From an uncultured Muribaculaceae bacterium (GTDB lineage Bacteria > Bacteroidota > Bacteroidia > Bacteroidales > Muribaculaceae), in assembly GCA_934667475.1 (NCBI GenBank), contig CAKUMB010000001.1:279397-343396 (forward strand): a DNA stretch of 64,000 nt, written 5' to 3'. Each line of letters begins with the position of its first letter. Positions within the stretch are counted from its first letter, which is position 1. The position numbers were made by a program, and so were the translations under genes. The notes below the pieces were generated by a model, which had not been told where the DNA came from, did no database searches, and was given only the letters and a program-made list of their open reading frames with translations. Positions 56,409 through 64,000 of this stretch are shown here, piece after piece.

Positions 56409-59400
56409 ATGAGTAAAATTCTGTCATATAACAATAAGACCACCAAGACGGCCGACCGCGACTGGATTCCTGTTGAGCCGTATGACGACGATGACATAAA
56501 AGCCATACGCGACCCCAACGGCGGCATGTCGGAAAATCCGCACACCGCCATTCCCAGCCCGTTTGCGCAACTCGACCTTGTGAAAAACGCCTTTGCCCAC
56601 CTTGCGGCAAGCATCAGCCTTGCCGGCACCATGATGGACAAGCGCCTTGTGTCGACCGCCCTCGATGTGGCCCAGCTGCTGTTCAACTACGAGAGCCACC
56701 GCGACTATCTGCACATAGTGCGCTGGAACCGCGATGAGCAGATAGCGCGCCTCAAGAGCGAGCCCGAGCACCGCCTGTATGGCGACACACTCGACCTGTT
56801 TCTGCTCAGCGACACCAAGTATAACTTTAATCTGCTCACCGACTGGTATATAGTTATGTGGCACAACCGCGTGATTGGCGCCACATCGCCGTCATCGTTC
56901 ACAATGGGAGTGCCGCGCGAAAGCGAGGAGCCCATAGGCGACATAATGGTGGAGCAGGGTGTTCCGCTCTTTGCCGCCGACACGCGTCACTTGTGGCAGC
57001 GCGACGCCGACTTCGTGCGCATGATGTATTTGCTGTTCAACGCCTATCCCGTGTTGCGCAAGTCGCTCACCGAGGTGTATGCCTACATGATTCGTAACCT
57101 CGACCCCATCCGCCAGCAGCGCCCCGAACTTTATGCCAGCCTTGTGGCTGCGGTCCCCAACATGGAGTCGTTCAGCCCCGAGACCGCCGACCGTGTGCTC
57201 GAACAGCTCGAAATGGACTACGACCCGTTTGCGGGCGACAACGAGATTACGCTGCTGGGCGCACGCCTTTATCACAAGCGCGCCGCCGACATAATGCGCG
57301 ATGTGGCTCAAAGCGACTTCATGCTTGCGCCCACGCTGCCGCAGCCTGCCGGCACGCGGCTGCCGCTGGTGTTGCGCACGGGCTTCAGCGGCAGCGCCGA
57401 CGCTTACAAATATGTCGACCGCCAGTGGAATAGCGCCACCGAGGTGCTTGCCGCGGGCGTTCCCATCGACCGGCGCAAGCTGCCCGACACGGCGGTGGAA
57501 TACCCGTTTGTCACCACATCCGACCTGCTCACGCCGTCGTTGGTGCGGCTTAGCGGACCGCTCGATGGCCACCACTACTTCGACGGCAACGCCAGCGGCC
57601 GTGGTGCGGAGGCCGAATATGGCTATCTGCTGCCTCTCACACCGCTGTTTTTCAAATATTTCACCGCGGCCGACCTGTGTGGCAAGGTGTGTGGGCGCAA
57701 CATGCTCGACATCGAGGAACGCACCGGCGGCGTGACGGTGACTCTGCGCATTCCTGTGCGCAAGCGCTGCATTGAGTTCACACGCAACTACCACGTTGTC
57801 ACCGACCCCGCCTGGACGTTCGACGAACGCCGCGGCAGTGGCCGCCTGGTGACCGACGCTGTGATGAGTGCAGCTGTGTTCCCGTTTGTCAAAACTGGCC
57901 AGGCCGACGGCTACACCGTGCAGCTCTTTGCCATGGGTGCGAGCTGCGGCAGCAGCCTACAGTTCTATGCCAACGGACTGGACTCCGACTCCATTGGCGT
58001 CAGCAGCCGCTTGCGGACAAATTCCACATATTCCACCGAATACTTCGACGTGAAGGGCTCTTTCGACCTTGTCGAGGCCCGTGTCAACACCGCTTCGGCC
58101 GGCACCTGCAGCGGCTTCATAGTGCCGCGCTGGCAGCCATATGCGCCGGGCTCGCGCCAACTGGTGTTTGCCGTTGACTTCGGTACCACCAACAGCCACC
58201 TCGAGTGGGCCGAGCGCGGTCATCAGAGCGAGCCGCTCGACTTTGGCTTCTGCGACGGCTCCACGCTCATTGCCCCGCTGCTCAAGCGCGGCTCGCTGCT
58301 CATTGCCGAGCAGCTGCAGCGCATCGAGTTCCTACCCAGTGCCATCGACAGCGTGTATGGCTTCCCGCTGCGCAGCGCACTGGCCAGCAATGCCGTCAAC
58401 GACGGCGGCACACGCCTGTGGAGCAACGTCAACATCCCGTTCCTCTACGAGCGCCAGTATTTCGACGGCTATGATGTGGCCACCAACCTCAAGTGGAAGG
58501 GCGACACCGCACTCAGCCGCGAGTTTCTGCGCGAGCTGGCCTTGCTCATCCGTGCCAAGGCGCTCATCGAGAATGCCGACCTTGGCAAGACCGATGTGGT
58601 GTATTTCTTCCCTGTGAGCATGGGCGGCAGCGACCGCCGCAAGCTGCAAGACACCTGGGAGGAGCTCTATCGCACCTATATCGGGCCCGACACCGACAAT
58701 CTGCACGCCTATCCCGAGTCGATAGCCCCGGCATACTACTACAAGGGTGCCGATGTGGCCGGGTCGAGTTTCGTGACCATCGACATTGGTGGCGGCACGA
58801 GCGACACGGTGATATATCAGCCCACGCCCGACCGCCTCGACAGTGTGCCTGTGGCGGTGTCGTCGTTCCGCTTTGCGGGCAACGCCATATTCGGCGACGC
58901 CTTCACCGAGCGCGATGCCGACAACAACCCACTAATTGCGCACTATGCCGAATACTTCAGCCGCCTGGTCACCAAGAATCCCGACATCACCTATCTCAAC
59001 AGCATATTGCAGTCGGTGCTCAAGCAAAAGCGGTCGGAAGACGTCAACGCTTTCCTATTCTCAGTCGAGAATGTGGAGCAGCTGCGTCAGCTGCAGGAGG
59101 TGGACCGCAACCTGTATAGCTACGACGCGCTGCTGCGCAACGACGACCAGCGCAAGCTGGTGTTTATGTATTTCTACGCTGCCATCATCTACTACACGGC
59201 GCAGTCGATGCTGGCGCGCGGCTACGAGCCGCCCAAGCAAATCTACTTCAGCGGCACCGGCTCGAAGATATTGAGCATATTGGGCACCACGCAGCAGGTG
59301 CGTGAGTTCACGCAGCGCATCATCGAGGAGGTGATGCAGAAGCGTTACACCGAACCGTTCGACATCAAGGTGGAGCGCGAGTGTCCCAAGCAGGTCACTT

Positions 59401-59846
59401 GCCGCGGCGGTGTGCGGCTTGAAAATGAGCGCCTCGACCACAAGGCCGACACCAGCGCCTATTCGGCCCGCAACATCAACCGCCTAAAGTACTGCTTCTC
59501 GATGATAGGCAGCGAAAGCCTCACCTACGGCCAGGTCAACCAGCTCGACACACGCGGCCGCATTGCCGACAGTGTGCGCGAGTTCAACCGCTTCTTCTTG
59601 TCGCTGTGCGACAATGAGACCAAGGATGAGTTTGGCATCGAGGGCAAAGTGTTCCGCCTGTTTGCCAGCGTGGTCAACAACGGCCTTGACAACTACCTCA
59701 CCGCCGGCATCAACAGTTTCTTGAAGGGCCGCTACGAGGAGGCCGATGTGGTGGAAGATGTGCCGTTCTTCTATCCTGTGATAGGTGTCATCCGCTACAA
59801 TCTGCTTAAAAACCTGTGCAACGAGGTGATCTCTAATATACAATGA
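56409..59846 (+). CDS. large protein with uncharacterised N-terminal ~580 aa and C-terminal Hsp70/actin-like (ASKHA) ATPase domain
   Basis: 1145 aa. Three ASKHA motifs appear in canonical order. Phosphate-1 is VFAVDFGTTNSHLEW (aa ~589; compare DnaK IGIDLGTTNS). Phosphate-2 is VTIDIGGGTSDTVIY (aa ~790; compare FDLGGGTFD). The adenosine/connect-2-like motif is IYFSGTGSKI (aa ~944; compare VGGSTRIP). 12 bp separate it from the FtsZ-like gene. Confidence 0.75.
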   Translation: MSKILSYNNKTTKTADRDWIPVEPYDDDDIKAIRDPNGGMSENPHTAIPSPFAQLDLVKNAFAHLAASISLAGTMMDKRLVSTALDVAQLLFNYESHRDYLHIVRWNRDEQIARLKSEPEHRLYGDTLDLFLLSDTKYNFNLLTDWYIVMWHNRVIGATSPSSFTMGVPRESEEPIGDIMVEQGVPLFAADTRHLWQRDADFVRMMYLLFNAYPVLRKSLTEVYAYMIRNLDPIRQQRPELYASLVAAVPNMESFSPETADRVLEQLEMDYDPFAGDNEITLLGARLYHKRAADIMRDVAQSDFMLAPTLPQPAGTRLPLVLRTGFSGSADAYKYVDRQWNSATEVLAAGVPIDRRKLPDTAVEYPFVTTSDLLTPSLVRLSGPLDGHHYFDGNASGRGAEAEYGYLLPLTPLFFKYFTAADLCGKVCGRNMLDIEERTGGVTVTLRIPVRKRCIEFTRNYHVVTDPAWTFDERRGSGRLVTDAVMSAAVFPFVKTGQADGYTVQLFAMGASCGSSLQFYANGLDSDSIGVSSRLRTNSTYSTEYFDVKGSFDLVEARVNTASAGTCSGFIVPRWQPYAPGSRQLVFAVDFGTTNSHLEWAERGHQSEPLDFGFCDGSTLIAPLLKRGSLLIAEQLQRIEFLPSAIDSVYGFPLRSALASNAVNDGGTRLWSNVNIPFLYERQYFDGYDVATNLKWKGDTALSREFLRELALLIRAKALIENADLGKTDVVYFFPVSMGGSDRRKLQDTWEELYRTYIGPDTDNLHAYPESIAPAYYYKGADVAGSSFVTIDIGGGTSDTVIYQPTPDRLDSVPVAVSSFRFAGNAIFGDAFTERDADNNPLIAHYAEYFSRLVTKNPDITYLNSILQSVLKQKRSEDVNAFLFSVENVEQLRQLQEVDRNLYSYDALLRNDDQRKLVFMYFYAAIIYYTAQSMLARGYEPPKQIYFSGTGSKILSILGTTQQVREFTQRIIEEVMQKRYTEPFDIKVERECPKQVTCRGGVRLENERLDHKADTSAYSARNINRLKYCFSMIGSESLTYGQVNQLDTRGRIADSVREFNRFFLSLCDNETKDEFGIEGKVFRLFASVVNNGLDNYLTAGINSFLKGRYEEADVVEDVPFFYPVIGVIRYNLLKNLCNEVISNIQ

Positions 59847-59847
59847 T

Positions 59848-60666
59848 ATGGAACTTACGAAAATCAAGAGAACGATAATTGCCGCGGTGCTTGCGCTTGC
59901 CACGGTGCTCGGCGCTGCAGCGCAGACCGACACGGTGGCAAGTGCAGAGCCTGTCAATCCTGTTGGCAGTGCCGATTCGGCCGCGGCCGTGCTGCCACCC
60001 GACACTGTGGCCGCCGTGCCGCCTGCCAAGGAGGCTCAGCCCGCCGCCGACCGCACTCGCGACTTGATGGCCGGCTGCACCCTGGCCGCCCTTGTGCTTG
60101 GCTTGGCCGGCACGGTGATGGCCATGTCGGCCCGCCGCCGCGTGCGCGAAACGCAATCGGCCATCAACACTTGTGCCGAGCGCATCAATGAGCTCGTCAA
60201 CGCCGTTACAGCCCTTAATGCCGACGTCGAGCACCTCAGCGCCGAGGTCGATGGCCTGCGCCGCCAGCCGCTGCAGCCTGCGCCGGCCCGTAAGCCTGCC
60301 GTGTGCAAACCGCCACGGGCCACAGCGGCCCCGGCCGCGCAGCACCCGCAGGTGTTGTATCTCAGTTGTCCCGATGCCGAAGGCTACTTTGGCCGTGCTA
60401 CGGCCAGTGCCGTGGCTGGCAACTCGGTGTTTGTGCTGCGCACCACCGACGGCCGCACCGGCACGTTTGGCGTGATTGACGATGCCGCCGTGCACAGCAT
60501 GGCGCTGATGATGCCCACCGCCACGCTCACTGGGGCTTGCGCCGGCACCGGCATACAGGTGTCTGGCCATGCGCGCCGCATAGTCACCGACCAGCCGGGC
60601 ACCGCCGTGCTCAAGGGTGGCAGGTGGCACGTTGAGACTAAAGCCGTAATTCACTACGAACCATAA
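59848..60666 (+). CDS. bitopic membrane protein with coiled-coil segment
   Basis: 272 aa. A signal/TM region is followed by a second TM (LMAGCTLAALVLGLAGTVMAM), a coiled-coil (INELVNAVTALNADVEHLSAEVDGLRRQ), a P/A-rich linker and a C-terminal domain. The start is 2 bp after the previous stop. Confidence 0.55.
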   Translation: MELTKIKRTIIAAVLALATVLGAAAQTDTVASAEPVNPVGSADSAAAVLPPDTVAAVPPAKEAQPAADRTRDLMAGCTLAALVLGLAGTVMAMSARRRVRETQSAINTCAERINELVNAVTALNADVEHLSAEVDGLRRQPLQPAPARKPAVCKPPRATAAPAAQHPQVLYLSCPDAEGYFGRATASAVAGNSVFVLRTTDGRTGTFGVIDDAAVHSMALMMPTATLTGACAGTGIQVSGHARRIVTDQPGTAVLKGGRWHVETKAVIHYEP

Positions 60667-61205
60667 TGAAGTGCTATTGTCCTAAATGCGGGCGCAAGAT
60701 AGAGGTCACCGCCCAGGAGGCTGCGCGCCTTGGCGGACACCTTGTGTGCCCGCAGTGCCTGGCGCGCGTTGATGTGGCTGTGCCAAAGCCCACGGCTGCG
60801 GCAGTTGCCGAGCCGCCTGCCACCCCCAAGCCGCGCCAGCAGGCTCAGGCTCCTGCGGCAGGAGGCCGCTTCTGCCCCAAGTGCGGGGCCAAGGTGCGTG
60901 CCACCGATGCCTTCTGCAAGTCGTGCGGGGCGAGTCTGGGCGCAACGCGGCGCAAGTCGGATGTGGGCACGCCGCCGCCATACCGCAGTCAGCGCCGTGC
61001 AGCCGCACCGGCTCCTGCCTACCGCGCACCGCGCACCGTCGCGCGCCCGTCAGTGCCGCGCCAGGCCTTTGCGCGTCGCCCGTCCAGTAGAAGTGAAGCC
61101 AAAGCTTCCACTTCCGTTGGCGGACTGGGCTGCATGTGGCGCACCGCCGTGGGCGTGGCCGTTGCCTTTGCGCTCTATGCGATGCTTGGCCTGGCCTTTC
61201 AGTAG
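60666..61205 (+). CDS. MJ0042-type zinc-ribbon protein with C-terminal TM anchor
   Basis: 179 aa. The N-terminal CPKCGRK...CPQC zinc ribbon is followed by a second CPKCGAK...CKSCG ribbon, a P/A-rich linker and a C-terminal TM. Its start overlaps the previous stop. Confidence 0.6.
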   Translation: MKCYCPKCGRKIEVTAQEAARLGGHLVCPQCLARVDVAVPKPTAAAVAEPPATPKPRQQAQAPAAGGRFCPKCGAKVRATDAFCKSCGASLGATRRKSDVGTPPPYRSQRRAAAPAPAYRAPRTVARPSVPRQAFARRPSSRSEAKASTSVGGLGCMWRTAVGVAVAFALYAMLGLAFQ

Positions 61206-61250
61206 AACCGATAAAGTAAGAAACACCCTAATTTTTCCCCAGTAACAACG

Positions 61251-61853
61251 ATGAAGATAACTTGCCCGAAATGCGGATATGTGACCGAGATTTCCGAGAG
61301 CGAACTCAGCGCCGTCAATCACACAATCGTGTGCCCGCAGTGCATGTCGCAGCTTAAGGTGGATGGCGACTATGCCTATATTCCCACCGACAGCCAGACG
61401 TTTGACCCGCAGCCCGAACCGCCTGCCGCCGAGGTGGAGCGCGAGCCGTGCGACGACGGCAATGGCGGCTGGGTGGCCGCCGACGGGGTCGACGACCCTC
61501 TGATGGCCGATGCCATCGAATACATTAAGATGTGCAATGCCATATCGGTGCCAATGCTGCAGCGCTATCTGCAAATCAGTGCCGACCGCGCTGCCCAGCT
61601 CATGAAGCAGCTCGAGCAGAAAGGGGTGGTGGGCCCATACACGGGCGGACCGCGCACCATTCTAATTCCGCACAGCAGCGACCCCTTCGCCCCCACGCCG
61701 CGCAACCGCGCCGAAACGCAAATGCTCAGAGAGTTGCGCCAGCGCATGGCCAGTGGCGATGCCAAGACGCGCATGTTCAACTGCTCGGGCTGCTCCATTG
61801 TGCTGTTTGGACTGCTGGTCGTCCTTCTGTTGGCGCAATTGTGTACGCATTAA
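61251..61853 (+). CDS. zinc-ribbon protein with FtsK-gamma-like winged-helix and C-terminal TM anchor
   Basis: 200 aa. The N-terminal CPKCGY...CPQC is paralogous to the previous ORF. The middle region AIEYIKMCNAISVPMLQRYLQISADRAAQLMKQLEQKGVVGP resembles the FtsK gamma wHTH (…VSxLQRRxRIGYNRAARLIEQME..GIV). The C-terminus carries CSGCS plus a TM. Confidence 0.6.
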   Translation: MKITCPKCGYVTEISESELSAVNHTIVCPQCMSQLKVDGDYAYIPTDSQTFDPQPEPPAAEVEREPCDDGNGGWVAADGVDDPLMADAIEYIKMCNAISVPMLQRYLQISADRAAQLMKQLEQKGVVGPYTGGPRTILIPHSSDPFAPTPRNRAETQMLRELRQRMASGDAKTRMFNCSGCSIVLFGLLVVLLLAQLCTH

Positions 61854-62041
61854 AAACATAAATTAAATTAAACAACCATAAAATAATATAATTTCCACGT
61901 GCTTTTCGGTGCGTTTAACCCGCAGCAAAGGGCGGATGTTTTGCATAATTAATGTGAAATGCCTACCTTTGCACATGAATTGCGACGAGGAGGCTTGACG
62001 GCTTCCTCATTTTTATTTTTTAATAATAGAATTCAACCCGA

Positions 62042-62509
62042 ATGATTGACAAGTCAGCCGTTGCCGAGGTCGTGACCAAGGCCCTCGAAGGAACGGATCT
62101 TTTTTTGGTCGATGTCACCGCAAGCCCCGACAACTGCATCGATGTGCAGCTCGACAGCATGACCGATGTTACCATCGACGACTGTGTGCGCGTCAACGAT
62201 GCCGTGCTCGGCGCCTTCGACCGCGATGTGGAAGATTATGAGCTCACCGTGGGCTCCTATGGCATTTCGGCCCCGTTCAAGGTGCAGCGCCAGTATGAGA
62301 AAAACGTGGGCGGCGAAGTGGAGGTGCTCACTGCCGACGGCAAGAAGTTGAAAGGCGTGCTCAAGGAGGCCGGCGACACAGGTTTCACCCTGAGTGTGAC
62401 CTCCAAGATGAAGCTTGAGGGCAAAAAGCGCCCCGAGATGGTGACGGTGGACCACACATTCAACTACAGCGAAATAAAATATACAAAAAACATAATACAG
62501 TTTAAGTAA
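62042..62509 (+). CDS. rimP: ribosome maturation factor RimP
   Basis: 155 aa, RimP-like throughout. It sits directly upstream of nusA, the conserved rimP-nusA-infB arrangement. Confidence 0.88.
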   Translation: MIDKSAVAEVVTKALEGTDLFLVDVTASPDNCIDVQLDSMTDVTIDDCVRVNDAVLGAFDRDVEDYELTVGSYGISAPFKVQRQYEKNVGGEVEVLTADGKKLKGVLKEAGDTGFTLSVTSKMKLEGKKRPEMVTVDHTFNYSEIKYTKNIIQFK

Positions 62510-62518
62510 ACACAAAGT

Positions 62519-63784
62519 ATGGCTAAGAAAGAAGAGACTGTCGACATGTCCGACAGATTTGCGGAGTTTAAAGAGCTGAAAAACATCGACAAGACCACTA
62601 TGATTAGTGTCTTGGAAGAGTCGTTCCGTAGTGTGCTGGCAAAAATGTTTGGCACCGACGAGAACTTTGATGTGGTCATGAACCCCGACAAGGGCGACTG
62701 CGAAATCTATCAGCGCCTTGAAGTGGTGCCCGACGGTGAGGTGGAGAACCCCAGCCGCCAGATTTCGCTCACCGATGCCCGTGGCGATGAGGAAAACCCC
62801 GACCCCGATGCCGAGGTGGGCGAGGAGCACTCGCGCAAAATCGAGTTTGCCAAATTCGGCCGCCGCGCCATTCTTAACCTGCGTCAGACTCTGGCAAGCA
62901 AGATTCTCGACCTGCAAAAGGACGCCATCTACACCAAATTCAAGGATATGGAGGGCAACCTGGTTACAGCCGAGGTCTACCAGATATGGAAGCGCGAGGT
63001 GCTGCTCATGGACGAGGACAAAAACGAACTGTTCCTGCCCAAAGACCAGCAGATACCCACCGACATCTACCGCAAGGGCGAGTCGGTGCGCGCCGTCATC
63101 TATAATGTGGACAACAAGAACAACAATCCCAAAATCACTGTGTCGCGCACATGCGACCAGTTCTTGCGCCGCCTGTTTGAGCTTGAGGTGCCCGAAATTC
63201 ACGACGGCCTCATTGTGATTCGCGCCGTTGCCCGCATCCCTGGAGAGCGCGCCAAGATAGCCGTTGAAAGCTACGACGACCGCATCGACCCCGTGGGCGC
63301 ATGTGTGGGTGTGCGCGGTGCGCGCATCCACGGCATAGTGCGCGAGCTGCGCAACGAAAACATCGATGTGATCAACTACACATCCAATCCGCAGCTCTTC
63401 ATTCAGCGCGCCCTCAGTCCCGCTAAAATATCGAGCATACGCCTCGATGAGGAAAACAAGCGTGCCGAGGTGTTCCTGCGTGCCGACGAGGTCTCGCTCG
63501 CCATTGGCAAGGGCGGCCTTAACATAAAGCTCGCCTCGATGCTCACCGGCTACACCATCGATGTTTACCGCGACCTTGAAGGCGAGGACGAGGAAGATAT
63601 CTACCTCGACGAGTTCAAGGACGAAATCGACGACTGGGTGGTTGAGGCTCTTAAAAACATTGGCTGCTCAACTGCCAAGGCTGTGCTGCGCACACCGCGC
63701 GAAGAGCTCATCGAGAAGGCCGACCTTGAAGAGGACACAGTTGACAACGTTATAAAAATTCTCAAGGCCGAATTTGAGGATTAA
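62519..63784 (+). CDS. nusA: transcription termination/antitermination factor NusA
   Basis: 421 aa with an N-terminal domain, an S1 domain and KH domains (GxxG: IGKGGLNIK). Acidic C-terminal tail. Confidence 0.93.
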   Translation: MAKKEETVDMSDRFAEFKELKNIDKTTMISVLEESFRSVLAKMFGTDENFDVVMNPDKGDCEIYQRLEVVPDGEVENPSRQISLTDARGDEENPDPDAEVGEEHSRKIEFAKFGRRAILNLRQTLASKILDLQKDAIYTKFKDMEGNLVTAEVYQIWKREVLLMDEDKNELFLPKDQQIPTDIYRKGESVRAVIYNVDNKNNNPKITVSRTCDQFLRRLFELEVPEIHDGLIVIRAVARIPGERAKIAVESYDDRIDPVGACVGVRGARIHGIVRELRNENIDVINYTSNPQLFIQRALSPAKISSIRLDEENKRAEVFLRADEVSLAIGKGGLNIKLASMLTGYTIDVYRDLEGEDEEDIYLDEFKDEIDDWVVEALKNIGCSTAKAVLRTPREELIEKADLEEDTVDNVIKILKAEFED

Positions 63785-63900
63785 TGGCATGCAGGCCGGC
63801 TGCCGCATGGCCAGGCCGGCTTGTAAGCCCACACGCGGCGCAAGGCTGCACCGCGGTCGATAACCAACACCTCTTCATTAATCACAACTCACAAGAAAAT

Positions 63901-64000
63901 ATGCGTAAAAAAATAAGTCAAGTAGCAACAGATTTGAATGTTGGAGTTCAGTCGATCAGGGATTTTCTTCAGGCGAAGAACATAGAGGTCGATTCGGGTC
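63901..64000 (+). CDS. infB: translation initiation factor IF-2, N-terminal fragment (continues beyond the window)
   Basis: ATG at 63901 gives MRKKISQVATDLNVGVQSIRDFLQAKNIEVDS, a typical IF-2 N-terminal domain. Its position after nusA fits. Confidence 0.55.
   Translation, partial: MRKKISQVATDLNVGVQSIRDFLQAKNIEVDSG

Noticed and set aside
1-64000. Search for CRISPR arrays, rRNA and tRNA genes
   Set aside because: No regularly spaced direct repeats were seen. No rRNA-like stretches were seen. No tRNA T-arm-like GGTTCGAATCC-type signatures were recognised. The Pro/Ala-rich repeats in the zinc-ribbon proteins are coding low-complexity sequence, not CRISPR.

Overview
This 64-kb window comes from a high-GC Bacteroidota genome, probably Bacteroidales. 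Core genes run about 58-62% GC. The lineage call rests on TAnnTTTG-type -7 promoter motifs, a T9SS C-terminal sorting domain, a psd/pssA pair, a TonB-dependent receptor with a partner surface lipoprotein, and many lipoprotein signal peptides.

Most of the window is housekeeping:
- mrcA-like PBP1A, nadB, an alanine/glycine:Na+ symporter, psd, pssA, mutS, recA, upp, ribF, a U32 peptidase, prolyl oligopeptidase, an M28 peptidase, a GH20 hexosaminidase, and rimP-nusA-infB.
- A six-gene minus-strand operon encoding a TolC/MFP/MacB-type efflux pump with a LytTR two-component system.

Two accessory regions stand out:
1. An AT-rich islet of about 5.5 kb (14.7-20.1 kb) between pssA and mutS. It carries a small T9SS-CTD protein, a secreted RHS/YD-repeat polymorphic toxin with an HExxH C-terminal toxin domain, and two tandem paralogous immunity lipoproteins. 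The RHS ORF is split by a frameshift at an A7 homopolymer.
2. A tightly packed seven-gene plus-strand operon (52.9-61.9 kb). Read from the sequence, it encodes a vWA-like lipoprotein, a small 4-TM protein, an FtsZ/tubulin-superfamily GTPase, a 1145-aa protein with a C-terminal Hsp70/actin-like ATPase domain, a bitopic coiled-coil membrane protein, and two membrane-anchored zinc-ribbon proteins, one with an FtsK-gamma-like winged helix.

This operon combines both cytoskeletal ATPase/GTPase superfamilies with vWA and membrane components. It is the best candidate here for an undescribed cytoskeleton-like, membrane-remodeling or conflict system. It may be related to the FtsZl1-type operons, but that is recalled from the literature and not verified.

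Nearby are a convergent minus-strand pair (canonical vWA plus an unknown protein) and a plus-strand ORF interrupted by an in-frame amber codon. No rRNA, tRNA, CRISPR or integrase/transposase genes were recognised. Many long ORFs in the six-frame track are antisense artifacts of the high GC content.
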